From positions 78,306,001 through 78,370,000 of the forward strand of contig OX597823.1 in the NCBI GenBank assembly GCA_951406725.2: a stretch of 64,000 nucleotides of DNA. Reading direction: 5' to 3'. Every line of letters begins with the position of its first letter. Position 1 is the first letter of the stretch. The notes beneath the pieces are model-generated. The model was not told where the DNA came from. It saw nothing but the letters and a program-made list of their open reading frames with translations, and did no database searches. Below are positions 39,859 to 54,100 of the stretch, in pieces. This DNA comes from Octopus vulgaris. Taxonomy: Eukaryota. Position numbers and translations under genes: made by a program.

Positions 39859-40056
39859 AGAAAATTAAGAAAATGGAGCTATAGCATTAATATAATTTAT
39901 TATCTGCAAAAATCCAACATATTTACAAATATTACTATTCACAAAAATACTAGGTAATGAAGCAGTAATTCATTGGATATTACTATCCCTTAATGAGGCT
40001 ATTTTAACCTCTGATTGAATTGTATATATATTATATATATGTGTGTGTGTAGTTCT

Positions 40057-40313
40057 ATATTTAAGAGATGAGGAATTACGTACATTATTTACATTTCATT
40101 ACATTTGAAGGATATTTGTCCTCATCTTGAGAAGATCCATTACAACCTTTGGATGGAGACATATAGACAAACTCAATCAAAAACTAGCTCGTCTTTCAAA
40201 CCATCTAGCTTTCCTGTGTAGATGTAGAGTCTCAAAGCTTATACCACCTGGCTTGAATATAATGACACCAGTGGATTCATATAAAGCTAGAAGAGTAGCG
40301 GAAAGGGCAGGGC
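40057..40313 (+). mobile_element. Penelope-like element fragment: short non-coding leader joined to N-terminal ORF piece
   Basis: KLARLSNHLAFLCRCRVSKLIPPGL matches the H..FL..C.....P.GL N-terminal motif of Penelope-like ORFs; inserted in TA/TG microsatellite. Confidence 0.65.
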
Positions 40314-40447
40314 ATATATATATATATGCATGTATACATTTATACATACATATATGTGCATATATTTATATATATCATCATCATCATATATATGCAGGTA
40401 TACATACCTTGCATACATATATTCACATGTGTGTATGTATGTATGTG

Positions 40448-40487
<40 letters not shown>

Positions 40488-41303
40488 GCACATACATCCT
40501 TTTAGATACTTACATAGTTATATAGACATAAATACTTACCTATATACAAATGCATACATATATATACTTACATATATACAAATACATACATATATACATA
40601 CACATACACACACACACATGCACACAAACACAGGTAGTGTGTCGTCAATTGGATTAATACTAATATGTTACTCTAATATCTATTTTGGTGATCCGGAATG
40701 GCTGGAAAGCAAAGTCAGTCCCAACAGTATTCGAACTAAGAAGTTAGAAGAATGAAAATTAACACTGAAAGACATTTTGTCTAGCACTGAGCTCTTTCAA
40801 CCATTCCATTGTCTTTGATATTATCACAAAACTAATCATATTTAAATTAATTCATTATTGAGCTACTTTTGTCAAAAAGCATGTAAACATGACTATTGAA
40901 GAGATTGCAACACAATAGAGACCGAAGTGCCCCCGCTCCATCCTAACCTCTAAATAAATACTAGAAGACTTATTTTATCTATTGTTTGAATATGTATATT
41001 AGTGTGTGTGTGTGTGTATATTTATACACATACGCACACTCACACATATGTGTATATTTAAATACACTCAGATATGCATATATATATATATATACATTTA
41101 TGCATATATGTATATTCATGTGTATGTTATATATATCTTTCCTTCCCTGAGCATCTGCTAATGCTTTACATGTACCACATCCTTGCATTGTTGTTTTTTA
41201 TGTTTGTTGTTGTTCTTTTTGGAGATTTACTATATATATATGTGTGTGTGTGTGTATTTATATGTATATATGCATGTATATACTTATTTGTATACATATG
41301 TAT

Positions 41304-41347
<44 letters not shown>

Positions 41348-41532
41348 TCACACGTACACACATATGTATATGTATATATTCATGTATATGCGTACATACA
41401 TACACATGCACACACACACCCACACCCACACATACACACACACACACACACATATATAGATAGGTAGGTAGGTAGGTAAGATGTTAGGTAGATAGGATGT
41501 TAGGTAGATAGGATGTTAGGTAGACAGGATGG

Positions 41533-41606
<74 letters not shown>

Positions 41607-42203
41607 TGCATAGTATGTATTGTCTCTAATATAATACCAACATTTACATTCGGTGTATCGAAATATTTTAAATTATTCTTCATCCAGGTTAGCTTTCGGC
41701 TGAACTTGAATATTTTTATTTTATTACAATTTTAGAGTTTCAAATTCACTTATCTGATTGTGAACTGAAAATATAACGCATATGCAATGAAATCAATAAG
41801 CATTAACTAATCAATACTTAGCAACTAGTGCATAATAACATTAAATAAATATTTAAAATGAATAAATGAGTTAGTGAATTAATGTCTTAAAACGTGTCTA
41901 CGCAGTACGAAAGATGTTTTTTTGGTTTTGGCTTTTGATATTTGCTTTTCTTGTATTGGTGTATCAAAATCATATTTGTGTATTACTTACATTTCATCTG
42001 AATAAAAATTTCTCTGTCTTCACGTATATAAATTTCTCTGAACAGAATATTATAATATTATTCAAAACTATTAAATATTAAACTATTAATATCATAAATG
42101 CATAAAGAAGTGAACTTTTACAGCCAAGAACACAATGCTATGAAGATTTATTTGAAAATATATATATTTGTGTGTGATTATGAGTGCATGATGTAATCAC
42201 TGG

Positions 42204-42235
<32 letters not shown>

Positions 42236-42631
42236 CAATACATAGTATGCATATATATATACACACACATATATACATATATGTACATAGAGAGAGAGAG
42301 GGAGAGAGTTGCTGTTGTGCTTATTTGCATATAAATAGCTGTATGTATAAAGTACATGTGCATGTATATATATTTTCACATGCAAATAGGCATACACATA
42401 TATCTATGCACACACATGCACATATATATGCATATATATATTCATCTGTGGAAGTACATGGCTCAGTGGTTAGGGTGTTGCATTCATGAGGGTGAGATTG
42501 TGGTTTTGATTCCTAGACCAGGTGATGCATTGAGTTCTTCAGCAAAACATTTTTACTCCACATTACTCCAATCCAAAAATGACTAAATCCTGCAATGGAC
42601 TTGACCCTTTGATCCTTTTGATTAAAGTATA

Positions 42632-42994
42632 CTCTTTTACTTGTTTCATTCACTTGACTGCAGTCATGCTGGAGCACCGCCTTTAGTCGAGCAAATCTCT
42701 GTAAGCCTAGTGCTTATTCTATTAGTCTCTTTTGCCAAACCGCTAAGTTACGGGGACCTAAACACACCAGCATCACTTGTCAAGCGATGTTGCGGGGACA
42801 AACACAGACACACACATATATGTATATATACGACGAGCTTCCTTCAGTTTCCATTTACCAAATCCACTCACAAGGCTTTGGTTGGCCCAAGGCTATAGTA
42901 GAAGATACTTAACCCAAAGTGCCACGCAGTGGGACTGATCCCAGAACCATGTGGTTGGTAAGCGAGCTACTTACCACACAGCCACTCCAGCACC
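42632..42994 (-). mobile_element. SINE family B, full length
   Basis: Reverse complement of the family B consensus, with the head at 42994. Confidence 0.85.
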
Positions 42995-43004
42995 TATGTA
43001 TATA

Positions 43005-43416
43005 TGCACAGGCATGGATGCGTGGTAAGACGTTCACTTCCTAATCACATGGTTTTGGGTTCTGTCCTACAGCATAGTACCTTGGGCAAAAGTCTTCTAG
43101 ATTCCCAGGCTGACCAAAGCCTTGATAGTGGAATCGGTGGACAGAAACTGAAAGAAGCCCATTATGAATGTGTATATATACATATACATGTGTGTGTGTC
43201 TGTCTGTGTCAGTCCTACCCCAACACCACTTTACAACCATTGTTGGTGTGTTTATGTAACCATAACTTAGTAGTTTGGCAAAAGAGACCAAATATTATAA
43301 TTAACAGGCTTTAAAGGAAAATAATTAAGTACTGGGGTCAATTCATTTGACTAAATATTCTTCAGGGCAGTGCCCCAGCATGGCCACAGTCTAATGACAG
43401 AAACAAGTAAAAGATA
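43005..43416 (+). mobile_element. SINE family B, full length
   Basis: Head gcacaggcatggatgcgtggtaag; tail gaaacaagtaaaagata. Confidence 0.8.
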
Positions 43417-43738
43417 CAATATATATTTAATCGAATATGCAACCTGCACCTGTACAATCTTGGCAAGTTTTCTATATCACTCATCACATATACATACAAT
43501 CACACACACACATACACACATACTTACATCTTTACCCTCTCAGACACCTCAACAAGTCTAATGAGTCTAGAAGCAGTTTTGCTGTTTCGTAGATGAAACA
43601 CCTTGCAAGTTGAAAGTTAACTTTGAAGTATAAAATAACATACTCTACCTTGAAAGACATTAAGCTTTTTTTCACTTTTCATTTTTTGATTTGCAGACAT
43701 CTTAGCTCTATCGCTAAAGATACCTGTAAAACACAGAC

Positions 43739-43774
<36 letters not shown>

Positions 43775-43985
43775 CTCATATGTATTATACATTCAAAAAG
43801 CATACACATCATGCAGCTTTAAAATTATATTTCACACTGCATAGTTACAATATAAAATTCATATTGTTTTGTTTACTAAGTTTAATTAAAAACTTCATTT
43901 CCCCTTAAGGTATTATTTCCATTTCTCCATGTTTAGCTATTGCATTTTATGTATGAGCAATAAAATATAAATACACACATACATT

Positions 43986-44039
<54 letters not shown>

Positions 44040-44102
44040 TGTATGAGTTTACATATATGTATGATTATGTATACCTATATAAAAATATATATATACATAC
44101 AC

Positions 44103-44163
<61 letters not shown>

Positions 44164-44707
44164 CACACACACACATCCAGAGAAATACCTGAATATTTGA
44201 TAATGAAATTAAATGTTTTTAAAACATTTTGTGGTTTGTCAGTTTTGAAGATTCCATATTTATTTGACTTTATTTCCATTCTTTATTTGTTTAATTTGAT
44301 GTCACAGTCGGTGTATAATAGTTTCGTTGCATTGTTTGGTTACATGTATCTCATGAGGAAATCATGAATTCATTGCATTTTTGTTAATGAGAGAGCTACA
44401 AGGCTGGATTTTGTGAGTAGGCACATGAGAAATACTGCCAGAAGCCTTTTTGAAAAAGTAAAGAATATTTATTTTTGTTTCTCTTGCTAAGAAATACACC
44501 CTTCACCAATATACAACAGCAAATGATATAACTACATCCAACGTGTGTGTAGTGATGGTTCATGGTCTAGAGAGTAAGGGTATAGGCCTCACTATTCAAC
44601 TACATACAGGCTTGGTCGAAAGTCACCCGACAGCAAATCAAAATAGTTTTTGTTATTCTGTATTGACTCAAATGGAAAAATGTGTCACTCAAGAAGGACT
44701 TCAGTTT

Positions 44708-45105
44708 ACTCTTTTACTTGTTTCAGTCATTTGACTGTGGCCATGCTGGAGCACCACCTATAGTCAAGCAAATCAACCCCAGGACTTATTCTTTGTAAGC
44801 CTAGTACTTATTCTATCAGTCACTTTTGCTGAACCGCTAACTTATGGGGTGTAAACACACCACCATCGGTTGTCAAGTGATGTTGGGGAGACAAACACAG
44901 ACACACAAACATATACACACACATATATATATACTTATATATAAGACAGACTTCTTTCAGTTTCTGTCTACCAAATCCACTCACAAGGCTTTGGTCGACC
45001 CAAGGCTATAGTAGAAGACTCTTGCCCAAGATGCCATGTAGTGAGACTGAACCCAGAACCATGTGGTTGGTAAGTAAGCTACTTATCCCACAGCCACTCC
45101 TGTGC
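44708..45105 (-). mobile_element. SINE family B, full length
   Basis: Close to 42632-42994. Confidence 0.85.
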
Positions 45106-46052
45106 AATTTTCATGGTCTTTCATATTTAGATGCTTTTATTAAATTCATTCAGTTGTAAAACATAAATAAATCTTGGAATTAAATGGTTTTGATTTACTG
45201 TCATGTGACTTTTGACCAAACCTGTATATCCCTAAGACAATTAGCTAAAGCACTTTCATGTTACATCTATGGTTACTTATATGTATGTATTTGTGTATGT
45301 ATGTATGTATGAGCAGCTCCATTTGGAGAGGGCACTGCTCACCTGGAGACCAGGGAGGTTCTAGAAAAGGTGAACCAAAAATTACCTGTCTTTCCATATC
45401 TGGTCAGTTTAGCGCGACTGATGGATGTCCACCCTGCGCTCGAGAAACAAAGAGTCTTTTATCTATAAAATCTGGACGGAACTTAAACATTTCATGTTGG
45501 ATGGCCAAGTTGAATATTCTAATTTATTTCAGTCTGTTGTGAAAACCACTTCAAGACCATAGTTTTCATAAAGTACAATTCCCTTGTGTTTCAACTAATT
45601 TCAAAAAATAATCAAAGATTTGTAGAGGTATTTACTATGATAAATTTTCAGCATTAATTTGGTGATTGGAATATAGGGTTAATAAGGAGTTCTTATGTAG
45701 AATTATAATGGAAGGTTTTCATATAAATCTGAATACTTTGGAATTAGAGGTTTTAAATCAAACACCAAAACTGTCTCTTGGGTGTAGGTCTCAAAAGGAC
45801 TAAAGGTCTTTTGTTTTATTCAGCTTATCAAAATAAGAATATATTTTGATAATATATGTATATATAATAGGAGATTCTCATTACACAGTTTGAATGTTGC
45901 ATCTAAATGAGATCTTAAAAATAGAAATGGAAACAATCAGTGATGATTGCCAAAACTGGAAAAGTCTGAACCCTGGTTCTATATTTTTTACTGGCTCCAG
46001 TCACTAGACTGTATCCATACTGGAGTGCTACTGTCAAGGTTTACATTGATTA

Positions 46053-46576
46053 CTGTAAATCCTCGAGTATAGTCCGCCCTTGAGTATAATACGCAGGGGA
46101 TTTACAGGGAGCTGTACCTCTGAAAAACATAAACCTTGTATATAATACACACACCCGTTTCTAACTTGAGTCGTGTATAATTAAGCCAGCAGCACCTAGT
46201 TGAACAAACACCTCCGCGCATGTGTAATACAATAATGGTGATGTTCTTAACTGTTATATGGGAATGTAAATATGTTTGCAAATTGTTTTTGCTACATGTT
46301 ATTCTGTGTTCTGAATACTTTTATTTTAAGAAATGTTGCTTTACTGTAAGTTATGGATGATTCTTTTATGGCTTCATTGCTTTCAGGCTTAGCTTATGGT
46401 ATTTTCGTGCCCTACATCATAAAATGTGTCTGAATAAACATTGCTGGACAGCAAATAGAAACTCGGACATTGCTTAGAAAATATTTTTCATTTTTAACCT
46501 TGTATATAGTACGCACTAGGGATTTTGACCTTTAAATTTTGGGGAAAAAATGCGGATTATACTTGAGGATTTACGG
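46053..46576. mobile_element. Tc1/mariner-superfamily (pogo/Tc2-like) MITE with TA TSD
   Basis: ta|ctgtaaatcctcgagtata ... tatacttgaggatttacgg|ta; subterminal repeats aaccttgtatata.tac.cac. Confidence 0.85.
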
Positions 46577-48074
46577 TATATTTGCCCTTGCAACCTAAAA
46601 GGATCCAACATATAAAAAAACAGTAGTTCCTGTTATCTGCATTACAAACATAAACAAAGATGTGAACAGATGCTCACACATGTACACACATACATGCTCA
46701 CACACACACATATGCACACACACAGATAGGTATAGCTGTGTGCTAAAGAAGTCCAATTACCAACCACATTGTTTTTGGTTCAGATAGTCTATGTGGTATC
46801 TTGGGCAAATGTCTTCTGTTATATTCTCAGGTTTACGAACATCTTTGAGTCGAATTGGTTTGAAAGAAACTAAGCAGAACTTCATAATTTTGTGTATTTG
46901 TTCATGTATATGTGTGCATTTGTGTGCATGTGTGCATTTGTGTGCATGTGTGCATGCTTGGCTGTCTCTGTTTCTATGATAACACCATTTGAAAAATTAG
47001 TCTTGGCTTATATCGTCTAACTTAGCAGTACAGTTAATAGAAATTGATAAGTACCAAACTTTAGAATAAGTATTACTGAATGTAATCATTGTAATAATCC
47101 ACGGCTTAAATATTGATTTAACAATAGTTTTCCTATCAGTAGCCTTCAAGGTTTTAACCTATTAATAACAATGCCATCTAGTATATATATGTGTGTTTAT
47201 ATATGTTAGTAAACATACACACATACATATGGTCACCTGGCACCTCTAGCCTCATGGCAACAGGCCACACATGCGTATATATTTAAATATAAATGCATAT
47301 ATATATACATATATGTGTATATATATGTATATGTATATATATGTATATATATATGTATATATATATATATATATATATGTATTCACATCCACACAACAAC
47401 AATAACAACAATAATTACTTTCTATTTCTAATTCTTATTTTCTATTACTTTCATTTAATGTCACATTATTTCAATATCTACAGTGGGTGCTGTTCTGCTT
47501 TCATAAGTTTTTACAAGGTATATTAGGACCCTGTAAACTAGACTTCATTCTGGGCCATTTCACCTCATTAGGCAACCAGTTAGCACAAAATGCTTTGCAG
47601 CATTTTGTGGTATTTTTTCCACCTTGTGCTGCGAGTTCAAATCCCATGGGGATCAACTTTACCTTTTGGGGTTTGTAAAATACTGTGCTAATCCAGAATG
47701 GTAGATTTGCAGATTTTTTAAAGAATTGGATAAGGTGCCTTTTGGTATTTCTTTCAGCTCTTAGTGTTCTGTGTTCTAAAGCTGTAGATTTAACCCATCA
47801 TCCCATTTAGCACAACCACCTAGTCTCTGAATGCTTTTAACAGAATTCGGGTTAGGTTACCTTCCTTCTTACTGCCCATCTTTGAAAATATAGAAGGATC
47901 ATAGGCTGATACTTACTCTTTGATTAGATAGTAAAAGAAAAAAAAAAGCATCATTATCAGTGATTATTCCTGAGAATGGCAAGGAATTCACTATAAATCA
48001 TAGTTACCTATATTTTCATATATAAGACTGAAATTCCATTCCATTCTGTTAATTATTATATTTACTCATGTATC

Positions 48075-48458
48075 TGAAGGTATTGGCCTAATAGTTAGGG
48101 TGTTGCACTCACGATCACTGCATCATGGGTTCAATTCCTGAACTAAGCAGTGCATTGTGTTCTTGAGCAAAACACTTCATTTCACATTGTTCCAGTCCAC
48201 TCAGCAGTAAATAGTTTCCTTCTTTCTCAAGTTATACCGATTCATAAGGGCTGGTTTCCTGGTCCCCATGGCATATATATTCCCCACCTGGATGTAACAC
48301 AAGTCTGTCACAGGATTACTCACTTTTGCCAGCTGAGTGGACTGGAACGACATGAAATTAAGTGTTTTGCTCAAGAACATGTCACCTGGTCCAGGTATCG
48401 AAACCACAATTTTACAATCATGAGTCCAACGCCCTAACCACTAAACCATGCACCTTCA
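48075..48458. mobile_element. Two copies of one tRNA-derived SINE in tail-to-tail inverted arrangement (48075-48210 +, 48240-48458 -)
   Basis: gttcttgagcaaaacacttcatttcacattgttccagtccactcagc versus gctgagtggactggaacgacatgaaattaagtgttttgctcaagaac. Confidence 0.75.
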
Positions 48459-48547
48459 TTCAGCAAGAAATGGGTAAACCTGTGATGGATTACCCTTCTG
48501 AGATGCAGTTCTGGCTATATTTATTTATGTATAAGTTGCACCCGTAA

Positions 48548-48967
48548 TCTCTATATATATAAAGCTGAAGTCTGTGTATAGCAGGTTGGGTAGCCTTCAA
48601 CTAACACTATCTCCTGCGAGACCCTGCAGTGCAAGTTGACCAAAATTGAGAGGATGATAGAAGAAGGCTTGCTCTTCCTTCTGTAGAAGAAAAAATTTCA
48701 AATCGGACCATGTTAACACCAAAAGTTATTGACATCAAAAAGGTGCTATTTTCCTTATTGACATCAAAAAGGTGCTATTTTTCTATGAAAATCCCTACTT
48801 TTTACGATTTTTTTTACTGCTGTGTTGCCATTTTTCGGTGTATTTCAACCAGAAAAATGTTCACTTAAAGAGAATAACAAGCTACATAATGCAAAATTTT
48901 TACTTTTCAAACATTCCAATTCTAAAGGGTGGAAACAAATCCGAGCAATGCCAGGCGATACTGCTAA
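48548..48967 (+). mobile_element. Non-autonomous Helitron-like element
   Basis: 5' TCTCTATATATATAAAG after A; 3' imperfect hairpin ccgagcaatgccagg then a CTAG-like CTAA before T; internal 26-bp duplication tattgacatcaaaaaggtgctatttt. Confidence 0.6.
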
Positions 48968-49796
48968 TTTAGTGTTAAATCTTGGTGTACAATTTTTTTC
49001 CCTTCATAGTTTTAGCTTTGCCCTGTCTATAAGATGCAACCCTGTTTCTTTAATTCAGTTAAATCAAGTATGAAATAGTACAACTTATACACAAATAAAT
49101 GCATTAGTTTATACAATTTATTTAGAAATGTTTTAGTTTTATTACTTTTCCTATTACATTTGATGTTCCATTTGTTTCAAATCACTTGATAAACAAATGC
49201 TATATTTTTTTTCATCATCTCTCTCTCAGAATTCTTGCAGTTATTCTACAATGTAAATATTAGATTTACAATTGAATCAATGAAGGAGATCCAACATGGT
49301 CGTTTTGTGTGCTAGAAATAGCAGCTTTATCTTCAACAATCTCATATCAAAAATGGACAGATACATTAGAAATAGATACATTAGAAATGTGTTATTTTCA
49401 GCACCAGAAAATAGATGATATATTAATTTATATCACATGTCCTAGAAAAAAATAAAATGAAAGGACATTTTGCAATGAATAATGCATATTTAAATGTATA
49501 TTTAATACAAAAATACAAACATTAAACTGTATTAAAGTTTTCTTTCTTTTGTGAAGCCTCACCCAAAAGAAAATTCAAAATAAAACACTATTTGCAGAGG
49601 TTAATTTTAAGTCAGCTAAAATAAAAAATTTTCTATTCATGAATTCTGATAAAATGTACAGTAAAAAAATATATTAGAAAAAATTATTTAAAGAGTTTCT
49701 TGTAGAAAGTGAAAGTAGATTAATTGAATGTCTAAATATCTAATTCTTTAAGAGACAGACATACAGACTGTAGGTAATGTTGATTAACCCTTTAAG

Positions 49797-50008
49797 ACGA
49801 CGAGCCGGCAGAAACGTTAGCATGCCGGGTGAAGTACTTAGCTGTATTTATCAGTCTTTACTTTCCGAGTTCAAATTCTGCCATGGTCGGCTTTGTTTTT
49901 CATCCTTTAGGGGTCGATGAATTAAATACCAGTTGTGTACTGGAGTCGATCTAATCGACAAGCCTCACTCCCCAAACATTTTGGGCCTTGTGTGCAGAGT
50001 AGAAAAGA
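49797..50008 (+). mobile_element. SINE family A-type copy
   Basis: gacgacgagccggcagaaacgttagc...gagttcaaattctgcc...catcctttaggggtcgat. Confidence 0.75.
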
Positions 50009-50188
50009 ATGTAGAATAACCCTTTTGTGGGAAAATGATTTTTTTACCGAGTTTTAAGGAAAATTTCACCCATTGAAATCGTGTCTTTTATCTTATATCA
50101 TTAGACTGTGGCCATGCTGGGGCACTGCCTTGAAGAATTTTTAGCTGAATGATTGACCTCTCCCACAAGCGCATTTTGTTAATCCTAG

Positions 50189-51885
50189 CAGTGGCGGATC
50201 TACTATAAAACTAATGAAGCTTAAGCTTCAGGGCTCTCAATACCTGAGGAGCTCCCCTAACCAACTTAATTTTTTCATGCTGTCAATATTTTTCTTTTTG
50301 TATTTTGCCATGCAGACAGGGCCGATAAAACAAAATAGACTGAGAAAAAAGTTTTGTTTCTACACTAGTCCCCTAAAAAAGGATGGTGCCAGTGAAACGA
50401 CAAAGAAAAGGGAAAAAATAACATGTATATATGTATGTGCATTTGTGTGTATGAATATATATGGCAATAAATAGAAATAAACAGAAAAGTGTTTTATGCA
50501 CTTTAGTTTAAGTTCCGTCTCCAAGAGCAGCATGGTACCAGGGAAGTGACACAGAAAAAGTAAAAAACATGTATGTATGTATGTATGTATGTATGTATGT
50601 ATGTATGTATGTATGTATGCGTGTATGTATGTCAGTAGGTCTTTGAAATCTTCCTAACAGGTAAATGCAAAATATGTTCCAAAATTTAGATTTTTATTTT
50701 TGTTTTAATTATAAAATTACATCTCTCAACAGCTTAAAGCACTCTTTTGTTTTTTTGGGGGGGGGGCTTTAAATTATTGCATATATGTTCAAATGTTATT
50801 TTTGTAGATCTAACCATTTTCTTCAGGTAAAAAGTGTAATTTCTGATTTCTCATTTTTTGGGGGTTTTTTTATCCTTACTAGTTTGAAAACATTTTATTG
50901 CATTTTACATTCTGAAACATTTTCAACCCTTATCTAAAAAAAAAAATATCTATTTCCTCTCCTTTATTCTATTTTTACTATGAAGAAAAAGCCAAACACC
51001 ACAAGTGCATGTCTGAAAAATGAAATTAGAATTTTGAAAAGAAAGGAGACATTTTTAGTCATTTAAAATGTATAAAAGGAATATTTTTTATTGAAGAAAA
51101 GTATAATGGTATTAAAAAAATATCACTTGTTTTCCCTTTTGTGTACCATGTAACAACAGTTTGTCACAGAAGCACCTTGTAAAATTAAATTTGAGGGGAA
51201 TTATATCAGGTAAAATAGAAAAAAAATTCCTATATCATGGCAAACCTACAAAAATAACTGAAAACATCGCTAGGCAGAGGTTAAGGACATTATTATTATT
51301 TTCTTTTTTTGGTGGGGGACACATCTACTGAAACCCACTTTCTTGACTGCAGAGATTCTGAATCTGCAAAAGCAATTTGCATTTCAAAATTTTTATTCAG
51401 CCAACCCCTACCCTAACCCCACCCCAATTTTTCACTTTTTTTAGAAATATCTTTTGGCAAAACATACAGAGAAATACAGAAATTATGATTCTGAAAAAGA
51501 TTTTTGTAAAATTTCAATTTTACAAAAATAAATGAATTAATGATCTTACCCTCCACCAGCACATCTGTGATACAATGTGAACATGTTATGGTTGGGGGTC
51601 TTTTGGAATTAAGAGAGGTATGTAAAAATTAGTTATTTTGCACCAAAGATATCGGTGATTACCCACACCTTGTTTCTGGTGGAAAGATGGCTCACTGTCA
51701 GACTCAGCTTTAAGGACTCCACATCACCTTACCATTTGGGCTATCAGGGCCTCAAGGCTGGAGTTCCTTGCAAGGACAAGAAAATTCTTTGACCCTTGTT
51801 GGATGTTATCCTACTGTTGCTGGTTGTATAGGGACCCCCATAACATTTTAAGCTTCAGGGCCCCAATATTGTAGATCTGCCACTA
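50189..51885. mobile_element. Non-autonomous hAT-type DNA transposon (1.7 kb) inserted into a minus-strand SINE B
   Basis: TIRs cagtggcggatctac / gtagatctgccacta; 8-bp TSD aatcctag (50181-88) / aagcctag (51886-93); subterminal taagcttcagggc at both ends; SINE halves continue on each side. Confidence 0.85.
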
Positions 51886-53930
51886 AAGCCTAGTATTTAT
51901 TTTATCGATCAATTTTGCCAAACAGCTAAGTCATAGAGATGTAAACACTAACACCTGTTGTCAAGTAGTGGTGGTGGGGGGAACAATTATGGCATAGCTG
52001 TGTGGTAAGAAACTTGCTTCTCAATCACATTATTTCACAGTTGACCTCAGCGGACTTTGAACTCACAAAATACCACTAAGCATTTTGTCTCGCATGCTAA
52101 TGTTTCTGCCAGCTTGCCGCCTTGGTATTAGTAATATTAGATGTTGATGGATATTGGTATATGAAAATAAAGGTACAAGTGGAGCTCTAATTTGATGCAG
52201 ATGCATGCAATTAAATTCCTCCAAATTACTGAATATTTTCTAAATTAACTGAAATACATACACTGTGTTCTTCATCAGAAATATGGTCATGAAAGGATTA
52301 AGGGATAATAAAACAGACTAATTAAATAATTGATAGAAAATAATACAATTAAAGGAAATCAATAATGGGCAGGTTAGAGAGATGAACAGAAGGACTGAGT
52401 TATGGAAAGATAAACCGAAATAAAGAGAAATATACAAATAGTTAGAACTAATGTTTAAAGATAAAAGAAGTCTTTAGATTAGATCTGAATGGCTCAGAGT
52501 GTAGAATAGTCGTTTGCTTTCATGAAAACTGCTATAGAGTCTACACTGGATTATCAAAGCGAGCAAATGAACATTTAAAATATCACTATTTTTAATTATG
52601 GTTCATGAAAAGGAGATAGGGTAAAAGGATTCTTATCTTTAGCTTTGATAATGTTTTATATTTGATTACCTCTTAACCTCCTATAAATAAATATTTCTAA
52701 ATCTACCATAAGCCAAGCAGGAAATCTCCATAGGTTTCTCTTGGTTTGTAGGTTTTATGATATGTAGGCTTACGTTAAGTTAATTAAAGCGAAAATAAGA
52801 GAGAGGAGAAGGAAGAAGAGCAGTGAAAGAATCCTAAATTGTACATAATAATTTCTAAGATATAAAAATCACATGATCATCGTTTAGAATTCAATATCTC
52901 TACTGCTTGTGGACATGTGTATAAAATCAAAAGACAGTTTAGCACCCATGATTTTCAGAAACATTATTTTCATACTCAGAATCATTGAATCATGCACTAA
53001 ACGACCTACATCTATTATTAGTTGTCAGATATTGTATTTTTAAAAAAGTTCTGTTCCCCAAAATTCACTAACACCACCTCTGTACCCTTTCCTCTATAGC
53101 ATCTTATAACTGCCCACTTATCTGTCTTTTTGTGTTTTATATTGCATGTACTGTGCATGCACTTTTAGCTATCTTGCTGTCTTTCTTTACTTGGCTTATA
53201 ACTAGTTTCTCCCCCCATTGTTTTCCTTTTTCCAATGAGTTGTAGTGCACCTGAGTGCTGTATACAAGTATTTCATTATTGTTATTTCAAATTTTGGGGG
53301 TAGAGATAAGTCAGCAATATCAAGTCTAATATTTGAATGGAACTTATTTTAGTATCAGTGGAGAATGAAAGTCAAAGTTAATAATAGTAGGAACACAGTT
53401 GTTAAAGGGAATTACAGTTAAATACCACAAGGTATTTTTCTTATTATTCTGTCAACTCTACCAATCCATCACTACTACAGCCATGTCAGTTGAGGAATGC
53501 ATGCAAGCTACTTGGTGACCTCAATAGTGTCAGCGTCACATAATAAGCAGCCTGTACACTCTGTGAAGTGGTTAGTATTAGGAAGGGTGTCTTGCTATAG
53601 GAACCATTACAATGCTGTCATTGGAATTTGATGCAGTTCTGTAGATCATCAGCTCTTGTTGAACCATTCTACCTATGTCAGTATCGAAAATGAATGTTCA
53701 ATGGGGATGGTTATATATATTTTATTGGTTAGTCATAGGAGGAAGCACAGCATCTTTGATTAGTTTTTGAAGGCCTTCTAAGACTGTTGAGTTGAAAGGG
53801 AGAAATAAGCCACAACTCTTCAGCTGGGGCAGTAAGAAGAAACATGTCAGTATATCAAGCTGTCCCAAATGCTTACCTAAAATATCATGGGGCTGGGTAG
53901 CGGCTGAGAAAATGAAGCAACCAGTTACTA

Positions 53931-54100
53931 AGCACCCACTACACTCACGGTGTGGTTGGCATTAGGAAGGGCATCCAGCTGTAGAAACACAGCCAGATCA
54001 GACTGGAGTGCCTGATGCAGCCTCCTGGCTTCCCAGACCCCGGTCGAACCGTCCAACCCATGCTAGCATGGAAAACGGACGTTAAATGATGATGATGATG
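53931..54100 (+). mobile_element. RTE-LINE 3' tail, well preserved
   Basis: agcacccactacactcacgg...gtccaacccatgctagcatggaaaacggacgttaaat(gat)n. Confidence 0.8.

Noticed and set aside
45310-45515. GC-richer segment considered as an HDV-like ribozyme or exon
   Set aside because: I could not build the nested double pseudoknot or find splice signals by eye; probably a repeat fragment.
47484-47517. Possible next + strand exon (ctacag|TGGGTGC...CAAG|gtatat)
   Set aside because: Its phase-2 reading (SGCCSAFISFYK) lacks the expected CUB C-terminal F.(S/T)...GF pattern and the donor is weak; the true next exon probably lies beyond the window.
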